DNA of 62,951 bases, filler included, from Chiloscyllium plagiosum (Eukaryota), in assembly GCF_004010195.1 (NCBI RefSeq). It is 4 parts of one record of this genome, joined end to end, with 100 filler letters (N's around TTAATTAATTAA, not from the genome) between each part and the next. Parts side by side here need not be neighbours in the genome. Positions count along the whole stretch, not along the records: positions 40,908 to 60,223 come from NC_057710.1; 3 more parts are not named here. The stretch is one strand, 5' to 3'. The notes below the pieces were generated by a model. The model did no database searches and was not told the DNA's origin. It saw only the letters and a program-made list of their open reading frames with translations. Shown one piece after another: positions 49,201 to 60,323 of this stretch. Made by a program: the position numbers and the translations under genes. How positions within the stretch are numbered: position 1 is the first letter of the stretch; each line of letters begins with the position of its first letter.

Positions 49201-51250
49201 TAAGTCTCCAGGGCCAGACCAGATTTATCCTAGGCTGCTCCGAGAAGTGAGAAAGGAGGTTGCTAAGCCGCTGGCGAGGATATTTGCCTCCTCCCTCTCC
49301 ACGGGAGTTGTACCTGAGGATTGAAAGGAGGCAAATGTTGTTCCTTTTTTCAAGAAGGGGAATAGGGAAATCCCTGGCAACTACAGACCAGTCAGTCTCA
49401 TGTCTGTGGTCAGCAAGGTTTTGGAAAGAATTCTGAGGGAGAGGATGTTTGACTATTTGGCAAAGCGTAGCTGTTTTTAAAGGCAGTCAGCATAGTTTTG
49501 TGAGGGGCAGGTCATGCCTCACAAATCTTATTGAGTTCTTTGAGGAGGTGATGAGACAGTCAACGACAGTCGAGCAGTGGATGTGGTGGATATGGACGTC
49601 AGCAAGGCATTTGATAGGGTTCCCCATGGTAGGCTCATTCATAAAGTCAGGAAGTATGGGATACAGGGAGATTTGACAATCTGGATTCAGAATTGGTTGG
49701 CTGACAGAAGGCAGAGAGTGGTTGCAGATGGAAAATATTCTGGCTGGAGGTCAGCATTGAGTGGTATCCCGCAGGGCTCTGTTCTTGGGCCTCTGCTCTT
49801 TGTAGTTTTTATAAATGACTTGAATGAGGGGTGTTTTAGTAAATTTGCAGATGACACAAAGGTTGGAGGTGTCATCGATAGTATAGAGGGCTCCTGCAGG
49901 CTGCAGCGCGACATAGACAGAATGCAGAGCTGGGCCGAGAAATGGCAGATGGAGTTCAACCTGGATAAATGCGAAGTGATGCATTTTGGAAGGTTGAACC
50001 TGAATGCTGAATATAGGATTAAAGACAGGATACTTGGCAGTGTGGAGGAACAGAGGGATCTGGGTGTGCAAGTACATAGATCCCTCAAAGTTGCCCACTC
50101 AAGTGGATAGGGTTGTTAAGGAAGCATATGGTACTTTAGCTTTCATTAACAGGGGTATTAAGTTTAAGAGCCACGAGGTTTTGCTACAGCTCTACAGGTC
50201 CCTGGTGAGACCACACTTGGAATATTGTGTCCAGTTCTGGTTGCCCTACTATAGGAAAGATACAGAGGCTTTGGAGAGGGTGCAAAGGAGGTTTACCAAG
50301 ATGCTGCCTGGACTGGAGGGCTTGCCTTATGAAGAAAGGTTGAATAGGCTCAGAGTTTTCTCTCTGGAGAGAAGGAGGAAGAGAGGAGACCTGATCGAGG
50401 CATACAAAATAATGAGAGGAATAGATAGAGTCAATAGCCAGAGACTTTTCCCCAGGGCAGGATTGAGGGTATGAGAAGTCATAGTTTGAAGATATTAGGA
50501 GGAAGGTATAAAGGAGACGTCAGAGGTAGTTTTTTTATGCAGAGAGTTGTGAATGCATGGAATGCGTTACCAGCGGTGGTGGTGGAAGCAGAGTCATTGG
50601 GGACATTTAAGTGACTGCTGGACATGCACCTGGATAGCAGTAAGTTGTGGGGGGCGTAGGTTGTTACTATATTTTACATTTGGATTAAATCTCGGCACAA
50701 TATCGTGGGTCAATGGCCCTGTTCTGTGCTGTACTTTGCCACGTTCTACGTTCTTCAAGTGTGTCTACTTCAACGCCAGGAGCATTCAGAATAAGGTGGG
50801 TGACCTTCAGCATGGGTTGGTACCTGGGACTTTGATGTTGTGGCCACTTCGGAGACATGGATAGAGCAGGGACAGGAATGGTTGTTGCAGGTTCTGCAGT
50901 TTAGATGTTTTAGTAAGAACATGCAAGGTGGTAAAAAAGGGGGAGATGTGGCATTGTTAGTATGGTATAACAGTAGCAGAAAGGATCTTTGATGAGGACT
51001 CATCAACTGTGGTAGTATGGGCTGAGGTTAGAAAATGAGAGGTCACTCTGTTGGGAGTTTTCTATAGGCCTCTGAATAGTTCCAGAGATGTACAGGAAAG
51101 GACAGCAAAGATGACTCTGGATAGGAGTGAGAGTAACAGGGTAGTTGTTATGGGGTCTTTAACTTTCCAAATATTGACTGGAAATGCTATAGTTTGAAGA
51201 CTTTAGATGGGTAATTTTTTTGGCCAATGTGTACCAGAGGGTTTCCTTAG
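46280..51250 (+). mobile_element. CR1 5' UTR, ORF1 and endonuclease start (outer element), split by a nested CR1
   Basis: ORF1 motifs at 46419-47350; resumes at about 50753 with KCVYFNARSI and APE motifs. Confidence 0.82.
47470..50752 (+). mobile_element. Nested near-full-length CR1 (ORF1 C-terminus plus all of ORF2, decayed)
   Basis: [45 protein letters not shown], 3' hairpin and tail. Confidence 0.93.
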
Positions 51251-51254
51251 ACAC

Positions 51255-52655
51255 TAAGCATTTGCTAATGAAGTCTGTGACAGCGATGCGTACCTGTTTC
51301 GGCTTTTACTGACTACTTAAACATGGTCCCATCCACTGATTCCAAGCAGTCCTGGAGATGTTCTTCCACAGCGTCAAACAGGATCCTTCTGTTTCAGGTA
51401 CTGCTTCTCTGGTGGGAGGAGGATCACAATGTCGTAATCTGATTTTTGTACATGTGGATGGGGGAGAGAGCTGTAGGAATCTTTGGTTGTGTAGCGGTGG
51501 GCCAGGATGTTAGTCCTCGAGTGGGGTAGGAGACGTGTTGGTGGTAACTTGGCAGCATCCTCTTGAGTTTGGCCTGTTTGAAGTTGCCCACCATGTTGAA
51601 TGGGGCCTCGGGGAATTTTGTCTCGAGGGTGTTTGTGGTGGTGTAGATCACGTTTAGGGCATTCCTCACATCCCCATGGGGTGGGATGTTGACTGCTGTC
51701 AAGATGGCAGAGATGAATTCGTGGCAGGTAGTAGGGTCACCATTTTACTGTAAGGTATTATAGATCTGGGGTGCAGTGGCTTGTTAGGGTCACTACAACT
51801 GAGCATCAGGAGGTGTTGATCAGGAAGCATACCCTACCACCCTTTACCTTACCCAAGGACACCGTGCAGTCCATCTGGTCCATGGAGAACCTATCGGCTT
51901 GCAAGGCACAATCAGTGATAACAGGAGTGTCTCCATAAAACAGAGTAAACAGCAGAGTCCTGTCTTCCAGGGGGAACTAAGTTGAGATCTGAGTTCTTCC
52001 TGTTTGTTTTCAATAGCTTGGACTTTTGCTTGGAGCATGCTGGGGAGGAGGGACTTGAAACGACATTGTTTCGGTTTCACCTGCAGGTCAGGGTGTCTTC
52101 CATGTTTCCTTGTGTGTTTGTTGTATCTGGATGTCCCTGTTAGCCTGTAGTGTGAGTCTGCTGCTCCAGCAGGTAACTAAGTCAGGTCTGGTCAGGCTGG
52201 CTCTCCCCGAAGGGGGGATGCCCTAAGGTTGTAGTTCAAGGCTGGGCTGGTCAGGTCGGGTCTCCCTGGGATTGAGAACTCATGGGATCAGGGACCAGGC
52301 CTGGGCTGGTCAGGCCAGCTCGGAGTCATGTCGCTGCCCAGGCTGATTCCGTTCTGGGTTGGGGTCGGGTCGCTGCAGAGTCAGGGATCAGATCTTGGTT
52401 CCAGGGATCTTCGTGGATCCTGCAGGAAGTTGGTAGGTTTGCCCTGGACCTGTGAATCCTGTGTCGGTAGTACTCCGGTCTGGACAATATAGGATCCTCA
52501 GACCTCTAAGTAGATTTAAAAGAACATTATTAGTAATTTTTATAGACTTAGAATTTAGGTTTAAAAGTGTGGAACCATTATAAGAAATATTAGAGTAAGA
52601 CCTGCTGTAGGGAGCTCTCAAAGAGTCGCTCTGTGTTTGTGCTATCTTGACATCA
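51255..52655 (-). mobile_element. Rex1/Babar-clade LINE 5' region and endonuclease
   Basis: LPSMLQAKVQAIENK, CLLCFMETLL, AVNIPP, GNFKQAKLK..LPSYHQHVSYPTRG. Confidence 0.75.
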
Positions 52656-52739
52656 CCATTCAATTTCAATTGCACCCTCGAGAGGCGGGACCAAGGCGGT
52701 ACATAGAAGAGTTCAGCATCGATGAGGAAGTTGAGGGAC

Positions 52740-53616
52740 TTGGCTCACATCTTTGACTTGGTAGACATCTGGTGAAATCTCTATCCCTATTCCATCGTCT
52801 TCCTCTTTGAGGCCTGGGGTCGTTGTATCTGGAATTGACCGCCTTTACATTTCCAGGGCGTACGGCAGCTTTTGTTCCAAAAGCCTCCATATGTCAGGTA
52901 CCGTTCTCCGATCACAGCCTGGTATGGGCGGAGCTTGTTCCATTCAGTGCCAGGACATGGTCAGTGTACTGGCACCTTAACAACCTGCTGCTGGATGATG
53001 AGTGGTTCTAGAACTCGTTTTGTCACTTCTGGACTGGCTATAGGAGGAGGCTGTGGTAGGATATGGGTAAGACTCCTGTCCATGTCCTCTGTCAGAAGTA
53101 TGCATGGGGGTTGTGGAAGTGGCGAAAATCCAGGACTGAGCGGTTGGAGAAAGGGTTGGTCGCATGTGTGTGTACGTGCGATCGTGTGCCCAGTTCCTTC
53201 GACTGCGGCTCCCCCATTTACTCACTGGGGGAAAAAAGCACGCAGTCTTCCAGCAGCTCCTTGTGCTGTGAGCTGACAATGGATCCCTTGTCTTATGTCT
53301 GGAGGCCATCAGAACCCAAGTGAGGGACTATTATAGGGCACTCTTCTCTCCGGATCTGTCCGGTGAGGAAGCTCTCAAAGTTGTGTGGGAGGACCTGCTG
53401 CAGGTCAGCCCCAAGGGTACTGAGAGGCTCGATACCCCTCTGAACTTGGAGGAGCTGAACAGTGTCCTCGCTGGTCTTTCCATGGTGTTCTTCAGGTGTT
53501 CTGGGATGTCAGGGGAGAGCTATGTGTGAGTCCTGGAGGAATATATTGTGACTGGAGAGATGTCCCTTTCTTGGTGCAGGGCCATCATCACTCTATTGCC
53601 GAAGAAGGGAGATCTC
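52740..53616 (+). mobile_element. Tx1/L1-clade LINE fragment (endonuclease end to RT start)
   Basis: PFSDHSLV...YWHLNNLLL, RDYYRALFS, IITLLPKKGDL. Confidence 0.82.
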
Positions 53617-53654
53617 TTCAAAGTTTGGGAGAAGATTTGTAGCTCGGGTGCTCG

Positions 53655-53830
53655 AGTGGGAGACTGTGTATTGATCGGAAGAGATAGGAGAGGTCTTGAA
53701 TGAGTACTTTTCTTCAGTATTTACGAATGAGAGGGACAGTATTGTTGAAGAGGAGAGTGTGAAACGGACTGGTAAGCTAGAGGAGATACTTGTTAGGAAG
53801 GAAGATGTGTTGGACATTTTGAACAACTTG
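53655..53830 (+). mobile_element. CR1 tether fragment
   Basis: LNEYFSSVFT...KEDVLDIL. Confidence 0.75.
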
Positions 53831-53842
53831 AATGCAACACAA

Positions 53843-53849
53843 TATAAAA
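53843..53849 (+). promoter_or_regulatory. Candidate TATA box
   Basis: TATAAAA 115 nt upstream of the candidate GPCR start codon. Confidence 0.35.
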
Positions 53850-53957
53850 TAAAGTGTCTGGATAAAATAAATGTCTCATCTCCAATTCTGAGAGGATTCT
53901 CCAATTTGGACAGATTGCCAGCAGCAGGAAGGGGGAGGTTGTTTCACAAACAACAGA

Positions 53958-54024
53958 ATGTATTTTCTAAGACTAAGGATAGCTACAGTATACTACACCA
54001 CCCTTGCCATTGTTGGTGTTCCTG
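53958..54024 (+). CDS. Candidate first coding exon of a GPR139-like class A GPCR (N-terminus plus first half of TM1); downstream exon not found in the window
   Basis: ATG..MYFLRLRIATVYYTTLAIVGVP + G|GTAGGC phase-1 donor; resembles GPR139-family TM1 (YY-x5/6-G[LV]P|xN); lies in apparently non-repetitive sequence. Confidence 0.6.
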
Positions 54025-55070
54025 GTAGGCATTGTTATAACTTTAAGTTGTATAAATCGCTGCATTGAAACATAGTTATTTCTACTTACGACTGATAATT
54101 GTTATATTTCCATTTAGCAAAGCAAATCCTGATGTCAGACAGTAGTGTCCTCACTTATTGAGTTTAAAGCGAATAGTTTGTCAGTCCGGAGGTTCCTCAG
54201 TAATGTTCGGCATTGTGTGTTTCCCTATACTGTGCAGAATGGGTTTACACTGAGGCCATATTGATGGAGTTTGGCTGAGCACAGGCCCTAGCTGATCTAG
54301 AAAGTGTTTTGGAAGACCACCCTCTCTCTGTGGTAGTTCACAGCCTGCTATCGGTCAGATGGGTTTTGTAACAACCCACCTCTCAGTGACACCTGGTTTT
54401 TCCCACTCCTTGATGGAAAGGGATTGTGTTGGTGGATCTTGCTCAGTCAGCTTGCTCCAAATGGGAGCCCAGATAGAACAGGGCAATGGGTGGGTTCAGC
54501 AGGTTATTATGGAGTAAAAGGTGAGGGTCAGCAGAGATGGCTTTGACCATCTTGTGGGTTTTTATCAGTCAGTGGATGTGTGGGGTCATGACGATGGTGA
54601 GGACAGATCACTAGGTTAATGCAAGTTTCCACTGTGTGAGATTAATGTCTGCAGTTAACATTTCCAAACTTACTCTGTGGTGTAATTCCTCAGCTGAGGA
54701 AAGAAACTCTATCTGTAGCTCACAGACACTCTACATTATCCAGAGATTGATTGGAATGTTGTGTACTGTTGATCCAGATCTCCAGGAATCACTCTGAGTG
54801 AAGGTATTCCTGATCATGGAATTGTACTGAATGGGGATCACAAACCTCAGGCTGGACCCTCATGTTGCTGGGAGGATGTGTCATTGTAGAATTGTACAGA
54901 GTGGGGTAATTGCTCAGATATGAACTTCTGAGCCAGTATTCTTGCTTTTCTATGGGTATCTGTAAACGCAGCATTGGAGTAAATGGGGAGCACTAATAGC
55001 AGAATACCTGTGACCTCAATTGCAAGTGTTACAGGGAACNNNNNNNNNNNNNNNNNNNNNNNNNNNNNNN

Positions 55071-55310
55071 NAGGTGGAAGGAGGTTAAGGTGAGGGTGAT
55101 AGGCCGGAGAGGGGGTGGGGGCGGGGAGGTCGGGAAGAAGATTGCAGGTCAAGAAGGCGGTGCTGAGTCCGAGGTTTGGGACTGAAATAAGATGTGGGGA
55201 GGGGAAATGAGGAAGCTGGAGAAATCAGCATTCATCCCTTGTGGTTGGAGGGTTCCTAGATGCATGTCCTTGGCGGAGTGGGAGGGGGAGTTAGTGTTCA
55301 GCCACGGGGC
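55071..55310 (-). mobile_element. Penelope-like element 3' fragment
   Basis: Minus strand LGTLQPQGMNADFS, homologous to about 46190-46250, followed by a C-rich 3' UTR. Confidence 0.72.
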
Positions 55311-55519
55311 GGTCTACCCTGGCTAGCAAGTGGCACCGGTAGTAATCCCAAGATCACTACCTTTTGAGGTCCTCCTCGTTAACTTCTCTCCAAGCTTCCT
55401 GAATTCTACTTTCAGGACCTCATCTCGTTTTTTTTTTTAATTACATCATTGGTGCCTATATGCACCACGACAACTGGCTGCTCACCCTTCCTTTTCAGAG
55501 TGGTCTACAGGTGATCGGT

Positions 55520-58500
55520 GACATCGAGTTGAGGAAGTGGCAAAAATCCAGGATTGAGGGGTTGGAGAAGGAGGTACTTGACATGGGGCCATGTCTTGGT
55601 CAGGCCGACGTAGACCTCACCCTGCGGATGCATACAAATAAAAGAAGGCCATGCTCCGGGATCTGCATGTTATTGGGTCCCAGGTTGTGAACTTGGGGTA
55701 AAAGCATGCGGTCTGCGAGCAGCTCCATGTGCTGTGAGCTGACAATGGATCCCTTGTCTTATGTCTGGAGGCCATCAGAACCCAAGTGAGGGACTATTAT
55801 AGGGCACTCTTCTCTCCGGATCTGTCCGGTGAGGAAGCTCTCAAAGTTGTGTGGGAGGACCTGCTGCAGGTCAGCCCCAAGGGTACTGAGAGGCTCTGAA
55901 CTTGGAGGAGCTGAACAGTGTCCTCGCTGGTCTTTCCATGGTGTTCTTCAGGTGTTCTGGGATGTCAGGGGAGAGCTATGTGTGGGTCCTGGAGGAATAT
56001 ATTGTGACTGGAGAGATGTCCCTTTCTTGGTGCAGGGACATCATCACTCTATTGCCTAAGAAGGGGGATCTCTGTTTGTTCAAGAATTCGTGTCTGATCT
56101 CCCTCCTCAGCACGGCCTACATAACCGTTGCTCGGGTCCTTTTGACTCCCTTTGGCACTGTGCTGTACTACATGATCCACCAAGACTAGTCCTATCCTGT
56201 TCTGGACCGGAGCATCCACAACATCTACCTTGTCCAGGATATGATCCATTATTCCCAGAGGGCTGGCCTGTCGAGCACCTTTCTCTCCCTTGATCAGGAA
56301 AGGTGTTCAACAGGGTAGAAAGTGAATATCTGTTCGGGATTCTGTGAATATTTGGGCTCAGGACGTACTTTGTCCCCTGAATCTGCGGAGTGCCTCGTGA
56401 AGGTTAATGGGTCCCTGACAGAGCCTGTACACCCTGGGAGAGGAGTGCGTCAGGGCTTCCGCCAGTCTGACCAGCTTTACTCTGTGTGGAGCCATTACTG
56501 CGCCTCTTCCATAAAGTGGATGTGGGGTTTGGCTCTGCACGTGCTGGGGCTGGAGATGGTTCTTTCAACATACACCATCAGCTGTGTTCCACATGGTCAG
56601 AGACCTAGCTGACCTGTGGAGGATGCACAAGTGCCAGGAGGTCTACTCTGTGGCACCCTCCTCAAGGTTCAACCATTGTTTGGGACTTCAGGTTGGTCCA
56701 TGTCAGATGGACCATTTGTCAGAGGGATTCTGGTGCTTCACATGGGTACCACTCACCTCCTCTACCCCAGAGTCCATCTTTGCCTTGCTGAAGAATTGGC
56801 ACAAATTGGAAAGCAAGGTGACTGCTCCCCCAACACACTGTACGGGACTGCTCCAAATGTTGTCCTACAGGCTGGTCATAAACCAGCTGGTGGCCACCAT
56901 TTTGTGGTACCAACTGGTTACTTTGGTCCCTTCCTGGCTTTGTCACTGCCATCTGGGAAAAGCTTGTTGAGTTTTTCTGAGTCAATGGGTAACATTGGGT
57001 CATTGCTGTGGTTTGGAGTCTCCAGCTTGAGGAGGGTGGTCAGGCATTGGTGTGCCTTTGCATCAGGTAGTGCCTTTCCACTTTCAGACCTGGCAGCGAG
57101 AGCTTTACTCTGAACCTCCTCCAAGATGGTGCACCCTGATGACCTATTTGTTCTGTTGGGAGTGTGGCCTCTGTTACGACTGTAGAGTGGTCCCAGCCTC
57201 GGATCTTCTTCCAAGAATGCTGACTTTTATCTGGACCTGATCACAGTCTGAGCTATGGTCAACTTGTTAGATTAGATTACTTACAGTGTGGAAACAGGCC
57301 CTTCGGCCCAACAAGTCCACACTGATCCTCCGAAGCACAACCCACCCAGACCCATTCCCTTACATTTACCCCTTCACCTAACACTATGGGCAATTTAGCA
57401 TGGCCAATTCACCTAACCTACACATTTTTGGGTGGAAACCGGAACATCCACAGGAAACCCATGCAGACACGGGGAGAATGTGCAACACCACACAGTCAGT
57501 TGCCTGAGGCGGGAATTGAACCCGGGTCTCTGGCGCTGTGAGACAGCAGTGCTAACCACAGTGCCACCGTGCCGCCCACAGAGCTATCTGTCTAAGGGAG
57601 TGTTGCTTCTAACAGGGAGCTGCTACTCAACAGCACTTTCCTCCTTGAGCACGGTTTGTGCTGGCCAAGGGAGCAGAGAGCTCGGGATGCAGGGCTCACC
57701 AGAGTCAGGGCCGCATTGGATGGGAGAGGAATGGGCCGGATGATGCTGGCACAGTTGGCCACGAGGACGTCCGTCCACCTCCAGTTGGTGACTGGAGCCT
57801 TTCAGAGCCTGATAGACAAGGCTTTCAGCCTCACACACACTCGAGGTGGTTCAGGTATGCCATGGAAGTCTGTACAAACTGACCCCAGTCTGTCTGGAAC
57901 TCGACATCGGAACTCCTCCGTGACGTGGTGCCCCACGATCTGAGCCATCTCTGTGACATCCTTCTATTGCCCTTGCGAATTGCTCTGCGGAGTTATCCAT
58001 CCAGGTTGATGGTACACACTCTGCATTGCTACTCCTTCACCCACTGCCCACACACACCTTGGCGTGATGTTTTGCCCTCTGGTGGCAGAGATCCCCAGTG
58101 GAGAGCCCTCTACAAAGGCATCCTCCCCTCTTGCCTCAGGGTCTGGGGTGGAGAGTGTTGCACACGGGCAGTCCCATGTAATGGGCTACTGAGCAAGTTT
58201 ACCTGGAGCCAGACCACATGCACGTTCTGTGGCCTGGAGGAGATGGTCTTCCACTTCTATGTTGAGTGTGTTCATCTGTAGCTCCTTTTTGAGATTTTTG
58301 AAGAGGTTGCTATTGAAATTTTGATTGTACTTCAGCTCTACACTCCTGATATACGGACATCAGTGTGGGAAGGGGTAGACAGTCTACAAGCTCCTGGGCC
58401 TGGCCAAGATGGTCATTAGCAGATCCAAGCAGCAGGCTGAAGAGGAATTTGTTGTTCCTGACTGTCTTCCCCTCTTTTGCGGTTATATCTGCGCTCAGGT

Positions 58501-58820
58501 GCTCCTGAGCAGGAAGATGCCCTGCTCACTGATATGCTAGAGACCTTTCAGGACCACTGGGTACCACAGGAGCTGGAGTGCATTACCAACCTGGATAATG
58601 ATATTCGTATTTAGTTAATTGTTTCTGTAGTGCGAGTTTGTTTTGCCTTTTGAGTTTGTGTTGGTTTTCATGGGGACCGGTGTGAGGGGATTTTGTCTGT
58701 AGTTGAAATGAGCTGGGGAATGTCATCTTTATTTTAAACAATTGCCGTCCACTTCCTAGGAGTATTCGATTAGGACAGAATAGAGGTGATAAATTTATTT
58801 AGTTGTTGATTTGTTTATTT
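55520..58820 (+). mobile_element. Decayed Tx1/L1-clade LINE (RT to C-terminal zinc knuckle plus 3' UTR), interrupted by a SINE
   Basis: ITLLPKKGD..ISLLSTAY, SLDQE, RGVRQG, CTFCGLEEMVFHFYVEC. Confidence 0.82.
57267..57577 (-). mobile_element. Full-length tRNA-derived V-SINE (HE1-like)
   Basis: A/B boxes, V-domain and (TCTAA)n tail; very similar to 30245-30561. Confidence 0.92.
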
Positions 58821-58924
58821 ATTTGTTTCCTTTGATTTTGCTTGGGTTTAATTTTATTTTGCCCTCCTGCAGTCCTTGCCCAAAACTGGTTGATCGGGTT
58901 GGAATTAAGGGACAGCCATTTTTC

Positions 58925-59880
58925 TTGATTTGACTTGATTTATTGTTGTCACATGTATCTGAGTCCAGTGAACAGTTTTGTTTTGCATGCAGTCCAGGCA
59001 GATTGTAACTCACAAGGACATACAGATCATAGAGTGATTGAACAGAGTGAAGAATACAAGTTTTGGCTGCACAGAAGGTGTAACAAAATCATGATCAACA
59101 TTAGATTTGAAATTTGAGAGTCTAACAACTGTGGGGAAGAAGCTGTTCTTGAATGTGTTGATACATTAGTTTGAGCATCTGTATCTTTTGCCCGATTGAA
59201 GAGGTTAGAAGAGATTATAATTGAGCAGGGAGGGGACCATGATGATTTTAGCTGCGCTTTCATGGCCATGAGAGATGGAGGTGTAATCACTGGATGGGAG
59301 TTTGGCTTGCGTGATGGACTGGGCTGTGTTCGCAACTCACTGTAGTTTTACATGGTCCTTGGCAGAGCACTTGCCGTACCAAGTCGTGTTGTACCCAGAT
59401 CAGATACTCTCTGTGATGCATCTGTGAACATTGGTGAGGATCCTTATGGACATGGTGAATTTCCTTAGCCTCCTGAGGAAGAGGAGGTGTTGTTGTACCT
59501 CCCTGACTGTCTCTACGTGGGTGGTCCATGACTGTTTGTTTGTTTGTTTGTTGTAGTCACTTGTCACTCCCAGGAATGTGGTACTCTGGATCCCCTCCAG
59601 CTCAGCGCCATTGCTGGAGATGGGGGCATGTCCTCCTCCTTTCTTCCTGAAGTTGATCAGCAGCTCTTCTGTTTTGCAGATATTGAGGGAGAGATTGTTA
59701 TCTTTACACCAAACCCTCTGTCTCCTTCCTGTATTTTGTCCCCTCATTGTTTGACATCCGGCCTACAACAGTGGTGACATTAGCGAACTTGTAAATGGAG
59801 TGAGGATGAAATTTGGCCATGCGGTGATGTCATGGTGGATTTCCTGTCCTCCTGAGGAAGAAGGAGGCATTGTGCCTTCT
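58925..59880 (-). mobile_element. Rex1/Babar-clade LINE 3' region
   Basis: WCKDNNLSLNICKTEELLINFRK, QQHLLFLRRLRKF, RCITESI; AATAAATCAAGTCAAATCAA tail. Confidence 0.82.
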
Positions 59881-59892
59881 TCAGTATCCCCC

Positions 59893-60223
59893 CTACGTGG
59901 GGGCCCCAGAGTGTCCCCCCCCAAGTGGTGGCCCCAGAGTGTCCCCCCCCCCATGTGGGTGGCCCCAGAGTGTCCCCCCCTATGTGGGTGGCCCCAGAGT
60001 GTCCCCCCCTATGTGGGTGGCCCCAGAGTGTCCCCCCCTATGTGGGTGGCCCCAGAGTGTCCCCCCCTATGTGGGTGGCCCCAGAGTGTCCCCCCCTATG
60101 TGGGTGGCCCCAGAGTGTCCCCCCCTATGTGGGTGGCCCCAGAGTGTCCCCCCCTATGTGGGTGGCCCCAGAGTGTCCCCCCCTATGTGGGTGGCCCCAG
60201 AGTGTCCCCCCCTATGTGGGTGG
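59893..60223. repeat. 29-bp GC-rich minisatellite (GGCCCCAGAGTGTCCCCCCCTATGTGGGT), at least 11 copies, open-ended
   Basis: Exact 29-nt period from 59961 to the contig end. Confidence 0.96.
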
Positions 60224-60323
60224 NNNNNNNNNNNNNNNNNNNNNNNNNNNNNNNNNNNNNNNNNNNNTTAATTAATTAANNNNNNNNNNNNNNNNNNNNN
60301 NNNNNNNNNNNNNNNNNNNNNNN
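60224..60323. other. Artificial contig-join spacer N44-TTAATTAATTAA-N44
   Basis: Same 100-nt design. Confidence 0.9.

Noticed and set aside
54783..54812. Hairpin CAGGAAT...ATTCCTG as a structured RNA (e.g. an IRE)
   Set aside because: Single copy, no CAGUGH loop and no supporting context
59800..60279. Pro/Cys-rich repeat proteins, or a CRISPR-like array
   Set aside because: Translation of a 29-bp tandem repeat open in several frames; no unique spacers, no cas genes, and the context is vertebrate
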